DNA of 64,000 bases, taken from NCBI RefSeq assembly GCF_006345805.1, contig NC_043015.1, positions 41,044,001 through 41,108,000 on the forward strand. Direction: 5' to 3'. Source of the stretch: Octopus sinensis. Taxonomy: Eukaryota. Positions 1 to 11,479 of this stretch are shown in pieces. Under the pieces are notes generated by a model, which saw only the letters and a program-made list of their open reading frames with translations, made no database searches and was not told the origin of the DNA. Positions within the stretch are counted from its first letter, which is position 1. Each line of letters begins with the position of its first letter. The position numbers were made by a program, and so were the translations under genes.

Positions 1-120
1 TCAGTCAACAGACTGTGGCCAGATCAAGGACAAAAAAAATTCAGCATTCACTGTCCTGATAAAAAACATAGAGACACATGATGCATACAGACATACATAC
101 ACATGTCCATACATGTACTA

Positions 121-500
121 CTCTTTACTCTTTTACTTGTTTCAGTCATTTGACTGTGGCCATGCTGGAGCAGCACCTTTAATCGAGCAACTCGACCCCG
201 GGACTTATTCTTTTGTAAGCCCAGTACTTATTCTATCGGTCTCTGTTGCCGAACCGCTAAGTGACGGGGACATAAACACACCAGCATCGGTCAAGCGATG
301 TTGAGAGGACAAACATACACGTACACATATATACGACAGGCTTCTTTCAGTTTCCGTCTACCAAATCCACTCACAAGGCTTTGGTCAGACCAAGGCTATA
401 GCAGAAGACACTTGCCCTGGGTGCCACGCAGTGGGACTGAACCCGGAACCATGTGGTTGGTAAACAAGCTACTTACCACACAGCCACTCCTATGCCTATG

Positions 501-595
<95 letters not shown>

Positions 596-764
596 TATAT
601 ACGACGGGCTTCTTTCAGTTTCCGTCTACCAAATCCACTCACAAGGCTTTGGTCGGCCCGAGGCTATAGTAGAAGACACTTGCCCAAGGTGCCACGCAGT
701 GGGACTGAACCCGGAACCATGTGGTTGGTAAACAAGCTACTTACCACACAGCCACTCCTGCGCC
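121..764 (-). mobile_element. tRNA-derived SINE family A, double-head copy
   Basis: Head GGCGCAGGAGTGGCTGTGTGG..GGTTCAGTCCC (A/B boxes), internal (TA)n, tail GAAACAAGTAAAAGAG; the head occurs twice. Confidence 0.8.
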
Positions 765-827
765 ACATACAAACATTATATATAATATTATATACATACA
801 AACATTATATATAATACAAAATTATAA

Positions 828-833
828 TTTATT
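828..833 (-). terminator. candidate polyadenylation signal for SLC66A3-like
   Basis: AATAAA on the minus strand about 270 nt past the stop; AT-rich context makes it weak evidence. Confidence 0.3.
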
Positions 834-1102
834 GTGTGCGTTAGAAGTAAGTCAATATATTTTTTTTATATAAAGCATTTAAGAGAACTTCTTTTCTCAT
901 GGAGATATTAATTTGCATATGTCTGCGGGACCATATCTGATTAGAACTTCAGCAGCTGCTTGTATTTATCATCCATTCCTCAAGTAATAAATATTGTTAG
1001 AATAGAGATTACCGGAAGGGAAGAAGCAAGACTTCAGAAAGACTTCCATTCATTTTCTTTCTCTTTTTTTCTAAGCAGTTTTTTGTTGTTTTTTTTTTTA
1101 CC

Positions 1103-1242
1103 TCATGGTAGTTTCTCCTTCCTGTTGACCCGGTTGTAGTAAACTATTTGTGCCATTATGACAAGATTTAGCAGAATGCTGCAGAGGAAGTTGATGGATA
1201 CTGCATGGTCTCCAGTTTCATGGAATGAGGTTAAAAGACGAG
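1103..1242 (-). CDS. SLC66A3: SLC66A3-like last coding exon
   Basis: tttgcatag|(A)RLLTSFHETGDHAVSINFLCSILLNLVIMAQIVYYNRVNRKEKLP-TGA; the ARxxTxxxETGD motif is typical of SLC66A3/MPDU1. Confidence 0.85.
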
Positions 1243-2520
1243 CTATGCAAACAAAGGAAAAATGTTAATAATAATATTAAAAATAATAATAGTTTCAAAT
1301 AATAATAATACGCATATGCAATAATAATAATAATAATAGTAATAATAATAACAATAATCATATGCAATCATAATAAAAGTAATAATCATATGCAATAATA
1401 ATTAATAATAATAATAATAATAGTAATAATGATAATAATATGCAATAATAATAGTAATAATAATAAAAATAATAGTAGTAATAATGATAATAATAATATG
1501 CAATAATAATAATATTCAATAATAATAATAATAATGGTTTCAAATTTTGCCACAAGGACAGCAATTTTGGGGGAGGAGATGAGGAAGCACAGACAAAATT
1601 CCCCTAAGCATTTTGCCCGGCGTGTTAACACCTTAATAATAATAACAATAATAATTCTTTCTACTAAAGGCACAATGCCAGAAATTTTGAGGTGGGGAGG
1701 TAAGTCAATTAATTACATTGACCCCAGTACTCAACTGGTACTTATTTTATCAACTCTGAAGGGATAAAAAGCTAAGTTTGCCCAGCATAGCAACAATTCT
1801 GCCAGCCTACCACCTTAATAATAATAATGATAATTATTATTATTATTATTTCAAAATTTTTTCCACAAGGGCATCTCATGGGGATGAGTCAATAACATCG
1901 ACCCTAGTATTCAGCTGTTACTTATTTTATCAACCCCCTGGAAGGATGAAAGGCAAAGTTGACCTCGGTGGAATTTGAACTCGGAACGGAGCAACAGGAG
2001 AACTGGTACTTAATTTATTGACCCTGAAAAGGATGAAAAGCAAAGTCAGCCTCTGTGGAATTTGAACAATAGAAATAATAATGAGTATGTTTTTGGGACA
2101 GCTATTTTGGCGCCACCCGTCTGGCATTGCTGATTCAACTGACTTATTTCATATCCGATGTGTTAATGTTTCTGCCATTCTCTCCCCCTGTCTGTCTGTC
2201 TACATGTGAGAGTCCATTTCTCTTTATGTTTAGAGAGAAGAAAAGTGGTTATGTCAGTCATGTTCAACTAATAAACTGTAATGTCTCTCTCCTTTTCTTT
2301 CTCTCTCTCTCACTCTGTCTATCTGTACATGTGTGTGTGTGTGTGCCTCTAGCACCAAAACAGGTTGAATGTCCAGTCAGCCATACTGAATCGTTAGCGC
2401 CCAGTTGTCTCAATCCAAATAATAATGTTGATGATGATGTTGATGGTGGTTATGATGGATTAGAATCTAAGAAAACAACTTTTTTTAGAAAAAATGTTAA
2501 ATGCCAGAAAGTCAATTTAC

Positions 2521-2641
2521 CTGTTGAACAAACCGTCGTTGCAAACCAGGTGGTGAGGCTTAACTGACCGACGTCTTTGGACTGGTGCAAGGAATAGATC
2601 TGAAGGGATTTACTGAAGAGAGATATGGGTGTGGCCAAAAT
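2521..2641 (-). CDS. SLC66A3: SLC66A3-like exon 5
   Basis: ttcaaacag|121 nt|gtaaat; ILATPISLFSKSLQIYSLHQSKDVGQLSLTTWFATTVCST, the second degenerate PQ repeat with GQLS. Confidence 0.85.
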
Positions 2642-3564
2642 CTGTTTGAAGTAGACAGGTAGGTAGACACATTTGTATTGAGGTAGTATTACAGGTGGTT
2701 GCAATGGTGGTCATGGAAAGATGGTAAGGTGGGGCAGGACACGAGGCAGTGACAGGCATGGGGTGTGCAGAAGATATGAGGGACGTTATGTAGTGATGGC
2801 AATAAAGAGGGGGACCATGACACAGCCGATGGCCGGTGCTGTGTGTATCAATCCAGTGATTAAAGCCTTCCTTTAAAATTCTGTGTCATTTATATTCTAA
2901 ACATCAACTTAATAATGACAAAGCCATTTTACAAAATTCTTCATTCGAGCATGATCGTTACCAATGTCGCCTTACTGGCACCTGTGTCGGTGGCATGTGT
3001 AAAAAGATTCGAGCGAGGTTGTTGCCAGTACCGCCTGACTGGCTCCCATGCCGGTGGCACGTAAAAAGCACCCACTACACTCTTGGAATGGTTGGCATTA
3101 GGATAGGCATCCAGCTGTAGAAACTCTGCCAGATCAAGATTGGAGCCTGGTGCAGCCATCTGGTTCGCTGGCCCTCATTCAAAATCATCCAACCCATGCT
3201 AGCATGGAAAGCGGATGTTAAATGATGATGATGATGAGCCCATCATATGTATATTATGCATGTATTTGTGTGTCTGTGTTTGCCCCTCCACCATCGCCTG
3301 ACAACCGATGTTAGTGTGTTTATGTCCCCATAACTTAGCAGTTCGGCAAAAGAGACCGACAGAGTAAGTACTAGGCTTGCAAAGAATAAGACCTGGGTCG
3401 ATTTCTTTGACTAAAGGCGTTGCTCCAGCATGGCCACAGTCAACTGACTGAAACAAGGAAAAGAGTAACAAAAGTGTAAATAAAAAAATAAAGGAGATTG
3501 AAAGGGAGTGAGAGAGAGAGACAGACAGACAGACAGGGATCAAGGAAGAAGATACAATACTCAC

Positions 3565-3631
3565 AATTGCGACTTTTAATACAGCATTCGATATAACTCC
3601 AGAAGCTAAGAAAATGCAGCTGAAGAAATAG
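3565..3631 (-). CDS. SLC66A3: SLC66A3-like exon 4
   Basis: TTCCTTAAC-agtactgacag|67 nt|gtgagt; YFFSCIFLASGVISNAVLKVAI. Confidence 0.75.
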
Positions 3632-3642
3632 CTGTCAGTACT

Positions 3643-3651
3643 GTTAAGGAA
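3643..3651 (-). promoter_or_regulatory. U12 branch point TTCCTTAAC
   Basis: Exact U12 branch consensus ending 11 nt upstream of the exon 4 start (AG at 3633-3632). Confidence 0.85.
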
Positions 3652-3991
3652 CATAAATTTATTCAGTAATAAATTAAGATGTTGTCAATAAATGCTTTGT
3701 GCAATGGGAGTAGAGAAGGCAGATGAAGTGACGATCTTCTTTTCAATCGATCCCCAATGGCTAAAGATTAGCATCACACTTGAAACTCAGAGTACCAAGG
3801 AGTTTGAATCAAACTGTTTTGATCTATATATGTAACTCTCAATAAATGTGTTGAGTGCTATTCTTTCATTTGTCTACTCACTCATATATATGTATATATA
3901 TATAGGGAGAGTTTATGGAAAAAACAAGATGAAGACAGGTGGTGTACAAAACAAACAGATGTATTAGTTTAACGCTCAGGAATACAAGAAG

Positions 3992-4029
3992 TCTTTTACG
4001 TTTCGAGCCTACGCTCTTCTACAGAAAGG
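3992..4029 (-). ncRNA. hammerhead-like motif family 2, second copy
   Basis: CCTTT-CTGTAGA-A-GAGC(GTAG)GCTC-GAA-ACGT-A-AAAGA, inside the U12 intron on the sense strand. Confidence 0.55.
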
Positions 4030-4502
4030 GACACAGAGAAAAACAAGGAGGAATGATTCTACCAGCTTGCCACCTTTTACTCCCTGACCTAGTGGTTACA
4101 GGTTCCGTCCCACAATACAGCATCTTTTACTGAAGCTCTGGACTGTGTATACCTCCTTGTCCATGACATCACATGACGTTTGATGATAACTTTAAGCAAA
4201 CAACACCGTCATCATAAATGGGGGTCATTCATTTCCTGTTTTCCATGAAAAACATATCTGGCCATGGGGTAATGTTACCTTGCTGAGAAACAGCTAAGGG
4301 TTGGTGTCAGCAAAAGGAGTCTAGCTGTAGAAAATAAAATCTTCCTCAACAAAATCCGTCTGATTCATGCAAGTATGGAAAAGTGGTTATGGCAATGATG
4401 ATGATGATGGTGGTAGTGTTGTTGTTGTTGGTGGCAGTGGTGGAAGTAGTGGTGGTGGTGGTCATGATGATGGCGATGATGATGATATCAAAGTATGAGC
4501 TC

Positions 4503-4512
4503 AAAAGGATAC
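4503..4512 (-). promoter_or_regulatory. U12 (minor spliceosome) 5' splice site GTATCCTTTT
   Basis: Exact match to the RTATCCTT consensus at the phase-compatible end of exon 3. Confidence 0.85.
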
Positions 4513-4585
4513 ACCATGAATCCAGTTACAACTCTCATGTCGAATCTATCGTTGTAGTAGAGCAAAAGACACAGGAGAATTAAAT
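4513..4585 (-). CDS. SLC66A3: SLC66A3-like exon 3
   Basis: ttttacag|73 nt|GTATCCTTTT (U12-type donor); (D)LILLCLLLYYNDRFDMRVVTGFM(V). Confidence 0.8.
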
Positions 4586-4655
4586 CTGTAAAAAACAAAA
4601 AACACAATTGTATTTGAATTATAGCCTGTTGAAAGGCACAATCAAACAAAAATAA

Positions 4656-4707
<52 letters not shown>

Positions 4708-5138
4708 TACATAGTGTTTTTTTTAAGTCTGTGTTGCATTGTGTTGACAGACTTGCAATTGAAATTCCCACGTTTTTAATCAAAACTTGTTAGTTACTAA
4801 GGGGACAACACTACCTACTTATCTATCTTTCAAACATTCATTGTTGTATTTCCTTCTCAACAACAACCTTTTCTCTTCCCCTTCTTTCCTCTCTGAACAC
4901 AGAAGTTGTTAAGGACAGATAGATGGAGATCAGCTTCTCTTTTGTAATTCAAACACATGTAGTATTTCAATAGAAATATGGTAGCAGAAGGGTTAATGTT
5001 GTAAAATATGCTTCCATGTTTTAAAATATATTTATGTTTACTGTAGGACAATATTAAGGTTATAATCAAAAATGACTGATGGTAGAATATAAAAAAAGAT
5101 ATAACAGTTTTTAAAAATAAAAATAGTTTTTCGTTTAC

Positions 5139-5221
5139 CTTGCGGCACCAAGAAGATATATTCGGAATAACTGGTGAAGGGGTAACTCATGGCAAAATGG
5201 TACACCAGAACAATGGAATGG
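5139..5221 (-). CDS. SLC66A3: SLC66A3-like exon 2
   Basis: ttgacag|83 nt|gtaaac; HSIVLVYHFAMSYPFTSYSEYIFLVPQ, matching the PQ-loop family YP(F/P)xxYxEY motif. Confidence 0.85.
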
Positions 5222-6606
5222 CTGTCAAGAAAAGATAACGAAAATAAACAGTAAAACAGCAAAATTAATTAATTAATTAATTAATCAATGGAAATAACCA
5301 AATAAATCAAAAACCATTTACAAATCTAATTATTGAACAGTTAAAACACCTGTAACACCTATTTATAAATGTTCTAAAATCTTTCACAGCCTTGGATTTT
5401 TATCTCATTCTGAAAATTTTTTTATATATACACACATATATATATATGAATAGAGATAAGGACAGCTGTGTAAAGAAGTACCAATCTCCAGCTGTGGAGA
5501 GAACCTGTGTTAGGGGTAGACCCAAGAAGACATGGGAAAAGGGGGGTAAAGCACGATCTTTGAACTTTGAGCCTTACAGAGGCAATGACTGGTAACTGAG
5601 ACCTTTGGCGATGTGCTTTGCTTGAGAAGACCCATCAAGCCAAGTGCACCTGTGCTGGTAGCATATAAAGAACATCTTTTGAACATTGGGCCTCACGAAG
5701 GCAAAGTGGCTGAGTTCTTTTCAAGTGTTGGGCCTCACAGAGGCAAAGTAACTGAGTTCCTTTTGAGTGTTGGGCCTCACGAAGGCAATGACTGACACTT
5801 TTGGCATTATATTATGCTGGAGAAGATCCATCAAACCAAGCAAAATCGCAGATACCTGTGTTACGCAAATCAACATCCATGCCAGTGGCATGTAAACGCA
5901 CCCTGGTAACATACAAATTGGCACCCATGCCAGTGGCACGTAAAAGAACCCATTACACTCTCAGAGTGGTTAGCATTAGGAAGGGTGTCCAGCTGTAAAA
6001 AACCATGTCAAATCAGACTGGAGTCTGGTGCAGCCTTCCAGTATGCCAGCCCAGTCAAACTGTCCAACTCAAACCACCATGAATAACAGACGTTACATGA
6101 AGATGATATATATATATATATATAACCAAACATCTTAACCCCTTGGCCATCTCTGTACCAAAAAATAATACAACCACCACCACCATGGCCATCACAACAA
6201 CCTCTTACCATTATCGTTACATGTGCCACCACCAGCAACACCACTAACACTACCACACGTAAAAAGCACCATCCGATCGTGGCCGTTGCCAGCCTCGCCT
6301 GGCCCCCATGCCGGTGGCACGTAAAAATCACCATCCGTCCATGGCCATCTGGCCGGTGGCACGTAAAAAGCACCCACTACACTCACGGAGTGGTTGACAT
6401 TAGGAAGGGCATCCAGCCGTAGAAACATTGCCAGATCAGACTGGGCCTGATGCAGCCTTCTGGCTTCCCAGACCCCAGTTGAACCGTCCAACCCATGCTA
6501 GCATGATGATGATGATTATGACCACTACCTCATTACCACCACCATTCCACCATTCCTTGAAAAACAAACCAACAAATAAAGAGCAAACAAAAGCTGACCA
6601 ACTTAC

Positions 6607-6779
6607 CCGCAAGTCTCGGTCAACACTGCCCGCAAACTGACACTTTTGGCCTTCTTGGCGTGAAGAATGTTTTTAATCTGTGGCATCTTAATGAACATAC
6701 TGCACAGAGCAATTAAAAAACTAATTATGTAAAAATGGAATGTACTAGAGTCATTGTTGTTAATCTCGTGGTTCAACAT
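6607..6779 (-). CDS. SLC66A3: PQ-loop protein SLC66A3/PQLC3-like, coding exon 1
   Basis: Translates MLNHEINNNDSSTFHFYIISFLIALCSMFIKMPQIKNILHAKKAKSVSLRAVLTETC(G): PQ motif KMPQI followed by a SVSL loop. Donor GG|GTAAGT, phase 2. The six-exon chain totals 657 nt = 218 aa + stop with all phases consistent. Chosen over the paralogue MPDU1 on exon boundaries recalled from the human genes. Confidence 0.8.
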
Positions 6780-7455
6780 GTTTAGGCTGTAAATCAGCTT
6801 TGCACTGGGTTGTAGAGTTCTTCGTTATTGTTATAGAAGGATCTGAAATGATGTGTCTCATGTCAGGAAACCAAGGTTGCAGTGTGTGTCTTGTAGAAAA
6901 TAGACATCATCTGAAATGAAGAAAAAAAGAAAATGCTTTTATAAATAAATATATGGTTTGTAGACTTTATCTGTTGTTCTTCTGAAATTGATAAAATTCT
7001 TAAAAATCTCTTGACCAAGTAGCAGAACCAGCATCAACACCACCACCACCCAACTACCAGTATCATTATCACTACTACAACACAAACTACTTCGTCACCA
7101 GCACTATAACAAGCATGACCAAGTTGTATGCATTGAGGAGCAGTCATAGTCATGTCCGTAAAGACACAGAAGACCTTTTGATCTGCGCCAAATGGTTACT
7201 CAGGGTTAAAAACCTTCACGTGAGAAAAACTTTGACCAAGACCAAAAGTCTAACAGGAGAAATGACAGATCATTATATTCGCTTTTTAGACGAATTAACT
7301 AATGTATAACCCCAGCCCCTAAATGTTTTTTTGTCTTTTCCTTGTGCTGTCCCCTCTGTGTCATGACCTGTGTGCCAAATAAAAGAAATTAGTGAACAGA
7401 GACCAACTAGAGCCATGGTCACAAGCAGGCAGCTACTAAAGACAAACGGTTAGAG

Positions 7456-7652
7456 CAGTGCTTTTCAAACTTTTTGCTGGAGCGGAACCCCAAGGAAATA
7501 TTCTACTGGCTCGAGGAACCCCTGTGCAATAATTTAATAGTCTTATGCACACATATCTGCACAGGAGAATTAAAAATTACTGTCGAATCTAGCAGTTTTG
7601 TAACTTCTTGCGGAACCCTAAGGTTCCGAGGAACCCAGGTTGAAAACCACTG
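7456..7652. mobile_element. hAT-type MITE
   Basis: TIRs CAGTGCTTTTCAAAC / GGTTGAAAACCACTG; perfect 8-bp TSD GGTTAGAG (7448-7455, 7653-7660). Confidence 0.85.
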
Positions 7653-7884
7653 GGTTAGAGGAAGAAAGGTTACAATCAGCCAATTATGAGACACAATTAA
7701 TTCCCCTAGACTCTGTAACTTTCACCAACTCAATTTCTTTTCTCTCACAACATCATTCTATCACTATCTATGGTTTACTACTGCAATAAGAACGTGTACA
7801 CACAAACCGGCCGAAATTCACTCTTTTTACCTCGCATGCTTTTCCATTTACTATTGGGTTGGTGCATAATTATTGAGGCTTTTT

Positions 7885-8095
7885 GGTAGAAGAGTGGCCC
7901 CCGGTGCGCGCACTCGCGCTAGCTAGTCGTGACTAGCCGATCCTACAACGACTACCTAGCAAAGTAAATAAAACACAAAATAAATAATGTTTTTAAACAA
8001 AGTAAATAAAACACAAAGTAAGGATCGACTAGTCACGACTAGCTAGCGCGAGTACGCGGATGCGCGCACCGGGACCACTCTTCTTAAATAGTACC
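7885..8095. mobile_element. MULE-like MITE (nested)
   Basis: Long TIRs GAAGAGTGG(T/C)CCCGGTGCGCGCA.../...TGCGCGCACCGGGACCACTCTTC; flanking GCTTTTT duplicated. Confidence 0.7.
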
Positions 8096-8256
8096 GCTTT
8101 TTCTCAACAAAAACAATAACATGTAACAAAAACATTTTTAAATGATTATTCTGGAGCATATTCACCACCTACTTCAATTACTGCCTCCCATTTGCTTGGC
8201 AGACGATCAGACCGTCATTTAAAGATGTTTTTTGTTAAATATTATTATTGTTTTTT

Positions 8257-8514
8257 GGAACTACCAGCGAACAGTGGTCCCGGTGCGCGCACTCGCGCAA
8301 GCTTGTCATGACTAGTCGATCTACTTACTTTGTGTTTTTGTGAGTTATTTTGTGTTTTACTTACTTTGTTTAACAAAAAATGATTTACTTTGTGTAAAAA
8401 AAATTATTTATTTTGTGTTTTATTTACTTTGCTACGTAGTCGTTGTAGGATCGACTAGTCACGACTAGCTAGCGCGGATGCACGCACCTAGACCACTTGT
8501 TCGCCAGTAGTACC
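8257..8514. mobile_element. MULE-like MITE (nested, related subfamily)
   Basis: TIRs GGAACTACCAGCGAAC.../...GTTCGCCAGTAGTACC; 9-bp TSD TTGTTTTTT. Confidence 0.78.
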
Positions 8515-9011
8515 TTGTTTTTTTTTTTAATAAAAATTTGTTGAAAAAAAGCTGCAATAATTATGCTCCCACCCAAATACTTATACATACCAACCCGTCG
8601 TGGTTTTGGGTATATATATATATATATATATATACAAAGTAACGGCAAATAAATATTTCTTTACAACTTCCACCACTGTTTCTTCGCTCATCTTGCACAT
8701 CAGCATCAACAATACCCGACTCCAACATATATCATGCATATATACTTTACACGCACTTTTTGACAAGTTGTGGTGCACCTGAGCACTGTATACAATAATT
8801 TCATTATATTATATATTATATATATCATCATAATAAAAACCGTTACACTGGCAACCAACACCTTAAGAACAATAATTACAATTAGTGACCCTCGACCGTA
8901 ACGAAGAACTAACCGTTATGTATATAAAATTATATATATATATGTAGGTCCCGGGTTGAGTTGGGGTTAACCACAGTAAATAAGGTACTCAATACATAGC
9001 AGAGTAAAGTA

Positions 9012-9121
9012 ATTTATTTTATAAAAGGAGCTTCTACAGGACTAGAACTGTTTCATTCAGGTTTCCTGAAGATTTCATCTGAATGAAACAGTTCTAGTCC
9101 TGTAGAAGCTCCTTCTATAAA

Positions 9122-9127
<6 letters not shown>
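9012..9127. repeat. near-perfect inverted repeat, 49-bp arms and 18-nt loop
   Basis: 9012-9060 is the reverse complement of 9079-9127 with one mismatch. Confidence 0.9.
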
Positions 9128-9172
<45 letters not shown>

Positions 9173-9173
<1 letters not shown>

Positions 9174-9416
9174 GGGGTTGGCCAAACGTAACCCGACAGT
9201 ATATCAAAATTCCATGAATAAAACTATTTATAGTTCTTTATTGAGTCGAATGGGAAAATGTGTTGGTCAAGAAGGACTTCGGTTTTGAAGTATTTTCATA
9301 CTGTTTCGTGTTTAGATGCTTTTATTAATTAAAGTCATTCGGTTAAACATAAATAAATCTTGGAATTAAATTAAACGGTTTTGATTTACTGTCAGGTGAC
9401 TTTTGGACACACCCTG
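9173..9416. mobile_element. Tc1/mariner-type MITE
   Basis: TA-flanked imperfect TIRs CGGGGTTGGCCAAACGTAACCCGACAGTA / TACTGTCAGGTGACTTTTGGACACACCCTG. Confidence 0.6.
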
Positions 9417-9525
9417 TATTTATATATACACGTGTACAACGTACACTCACGTATATGTGCGTGTGTATATACATACATACATATATATATAATTATTATA
9501 GTATATATAAATATAAAATTATATA

Positions 9526-9557
<32 letters not shown>

Positions 9558-9697
9558 TACATACATAGTAATATAATAAGAGTAAATAATATCTTTAATG
9601 GTTTAAAAAAGCACCAACAATTATTTACTGGTAGGTTTCGGCATGTAAACATAACCATTAACGGTAGGAACTTCTATAAAGTTCAGTGTATATATTG

Positions 9698-9910
9698 TAT
9701 ATAAATAAAAGAAGCAGGCAACAGGTTGCTTAGCCACATACCGAAAAAATTAGAAATAGCAGTCAAAGACTGTTTATTTCTATTTTCTACCAATGAGTCC
9801 TATGTGGAGCCTCATTTGTAGAAAATAGAAATAAACAGTCTTTGACTGCTATTTCTAATTTTTTCGGTATGTGGCTAAGCAACCTGTTGCCTGCCTCTTT
9901 TATTTATATA
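9698..9910. repeat. near-perfect 213-bp palindrome
   Basis: About 100-bp arms with two mismatches and a 13-nt centre. Confidence 0.9.
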
Positions 9911-10031
9911 CATACATATATATAATTATTATGGTATATATAAATATAAAATTATATAGCAATGTGTGTGTATATATGCATACATATATATAATTATTAT
10001 GGTATATATAATATAAAATTATATATCAATG

Positions 10032-10076
<45 letters not shown>

Positions 10077-10368
10077 ATTATGGTATATATAAATATAAAA
10101 TTATATATCAATATGTGTGTGTGTATATATATATATAATTATTATGGTATATATAAATATAAAATTATATAGCAATGTGTGTGTATATATACATATATAT
10201 ATATAATTATTATTATAGTATATATAAATATGAAATTATATATCAATAAATGTGAAGTAGATATCAAATTATGTCAGTTTGTATATACGAAAGCAAAAGC
10301 GATAAAGTAAAGAAAGAAAAATGAAAGAACAAATGTTGAGTTTTCGGTCAACTCTTTCCGAGGAGGTC

Positions 10369-10382
10369 GTTGCCTTGGCAAC
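10369..10382. promoter_or_regulatory. RFX X-box GTTGCCTTGGCAAC
   Basis: Fits GTNRCC-N0-3-RGYAAC, near-palindromic, ending 48 nt upstream of the RSPH10B ATG. Confidence 0.8.
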
Positions 10383-10430
10383 CGGTATACACACAGCAAA
10401 TACACATGTTCCAGTGAAAGGTAGATAGAG

Positions 10431-10666
10431 ATGGCGAGGAAGAAAGTGGCGAGAAGAACGGACGAAATATTAGTTACCGAGGAAGAAAAAACGGAGCTGA
10501 GTTCTTGGGAGAACGAAGAAGTGGAGGAAACGGAACAACCGCAGCCGCCACAGACACAACCACAACCGCAGCCGCCGCAGCCAGCAGAAACCGTGGAAGA
10601 AGAAGCGGAAGTGACAACTTCTTGTGTCACCGAAGGCCCCTTATTGACCAATGTCGTGATAAAAAC
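10431..10666 (+). CDS. RSPH10B: RSPH10B exon 1
   Basis: MARKKVARR...EGPLLTNVVIK(T)|gtaagc; acidic and Q/P-rich N-terminus. The 18-exon chain totals 2583 nt = 860 aa + stop in one frame. Confidence 0.85.
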
Positions 10667-10735
10667 GTAAGCGATCCATCATCGGTAATTTAAAACGTTG
10701 CTAGCGAACATCAGGCACAGCGTTTACACGGTGTA

Positions 10736-10781
<46 letters not shown>

Positions 10782-10846
10782 AATATTACGCTTTACACGA
10801 TATATATATGAGCATTACACTGTGTATGTGTGTGCGTTTGGCTGTA

Positions 10847-11089
10847 CGGTAGTCCCTCAACTATCGCGGGTGACTATCGCGGGTGTCCCGTTACAAGACC
10901 ACACCGCGATAGGTGAAAATCCGCAAAGTAGAAACTACTGTTTTTATTTTTATTTTTTAAATTATTTTTATATTATTTTTTAAATTATTTTTTATAATTT
11001 GCGTATATTTATTTTATTACGAATGCAGAACACAACGGAGGAACCGACGTAAGCTTAAATAATAAACCGCGATGGGCGAGGGATAACTG
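10847..11089. mobile_element. pogo/Tigger-type MITE in RSPH10B intron 1
   Basis: TA-flanked imperfect TIRs CGGTAGTCCCTCAACTATCGCG / CGCGATGGGCGAGGGATAACTG. Confidence 0.6.
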
Positions 11090-11438
11090 TATATATAAAT
11101 ACAACTCTGATCGCGAATAAGTCGTGCTATATATATAATATATATTATATATATATATATATAATATATATATATAATATATATTATATTATATATATAA
11201 ATTTATATAAATAAAGATAAGATCGTTATTTAGATACCGATCCTATCAGGTGGCCAGCATTAAAATTATAATTTAGGGTATCTGAGAGATACCACGACGC
11301 TAGAAATAGCAGCCAAAATTTGACTCTAAAACTACATTAAATGTTCATACAGCACCAGGAGAGAAGACAAAGAGACAAAATAAACTAGCAAAAACTATAT
11401 ACAGATACATAGATAGATACACACACACACACACACAC

Positions 11439-11479
<41 letters not shown>

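Larger units (their letters stand above)
7854..8577 (-). mobile_element. internally deleted mariner element hosting two nested MITEs
   Basis: TA-flanked imperfect TIRs TTGGGTTGGTGCATAATTATTG / CAATAATTATGCTCCCACCCAAA; transposase C-terminus DRLPSKWEAVIEVGGEYAPE* on the minus strand at about 8145-8210. Confidence 0.75.

Noticed and set aside
3632-3642. Upstream AG (exon start 3640) as the SLC66A3 exon 4 acceptor
   Set aside because: In frame, but directly adjacent to the U12 branch motif and inserts three polar residues (Thr-Asp-Ser) into a transmembrane helix
8581-8782. Short ORFs as the missing SLC66A3 first exon
   Set aside because: No PQ-loop similarity or fitting splice sites; the real PQ exon is at 6607-6779
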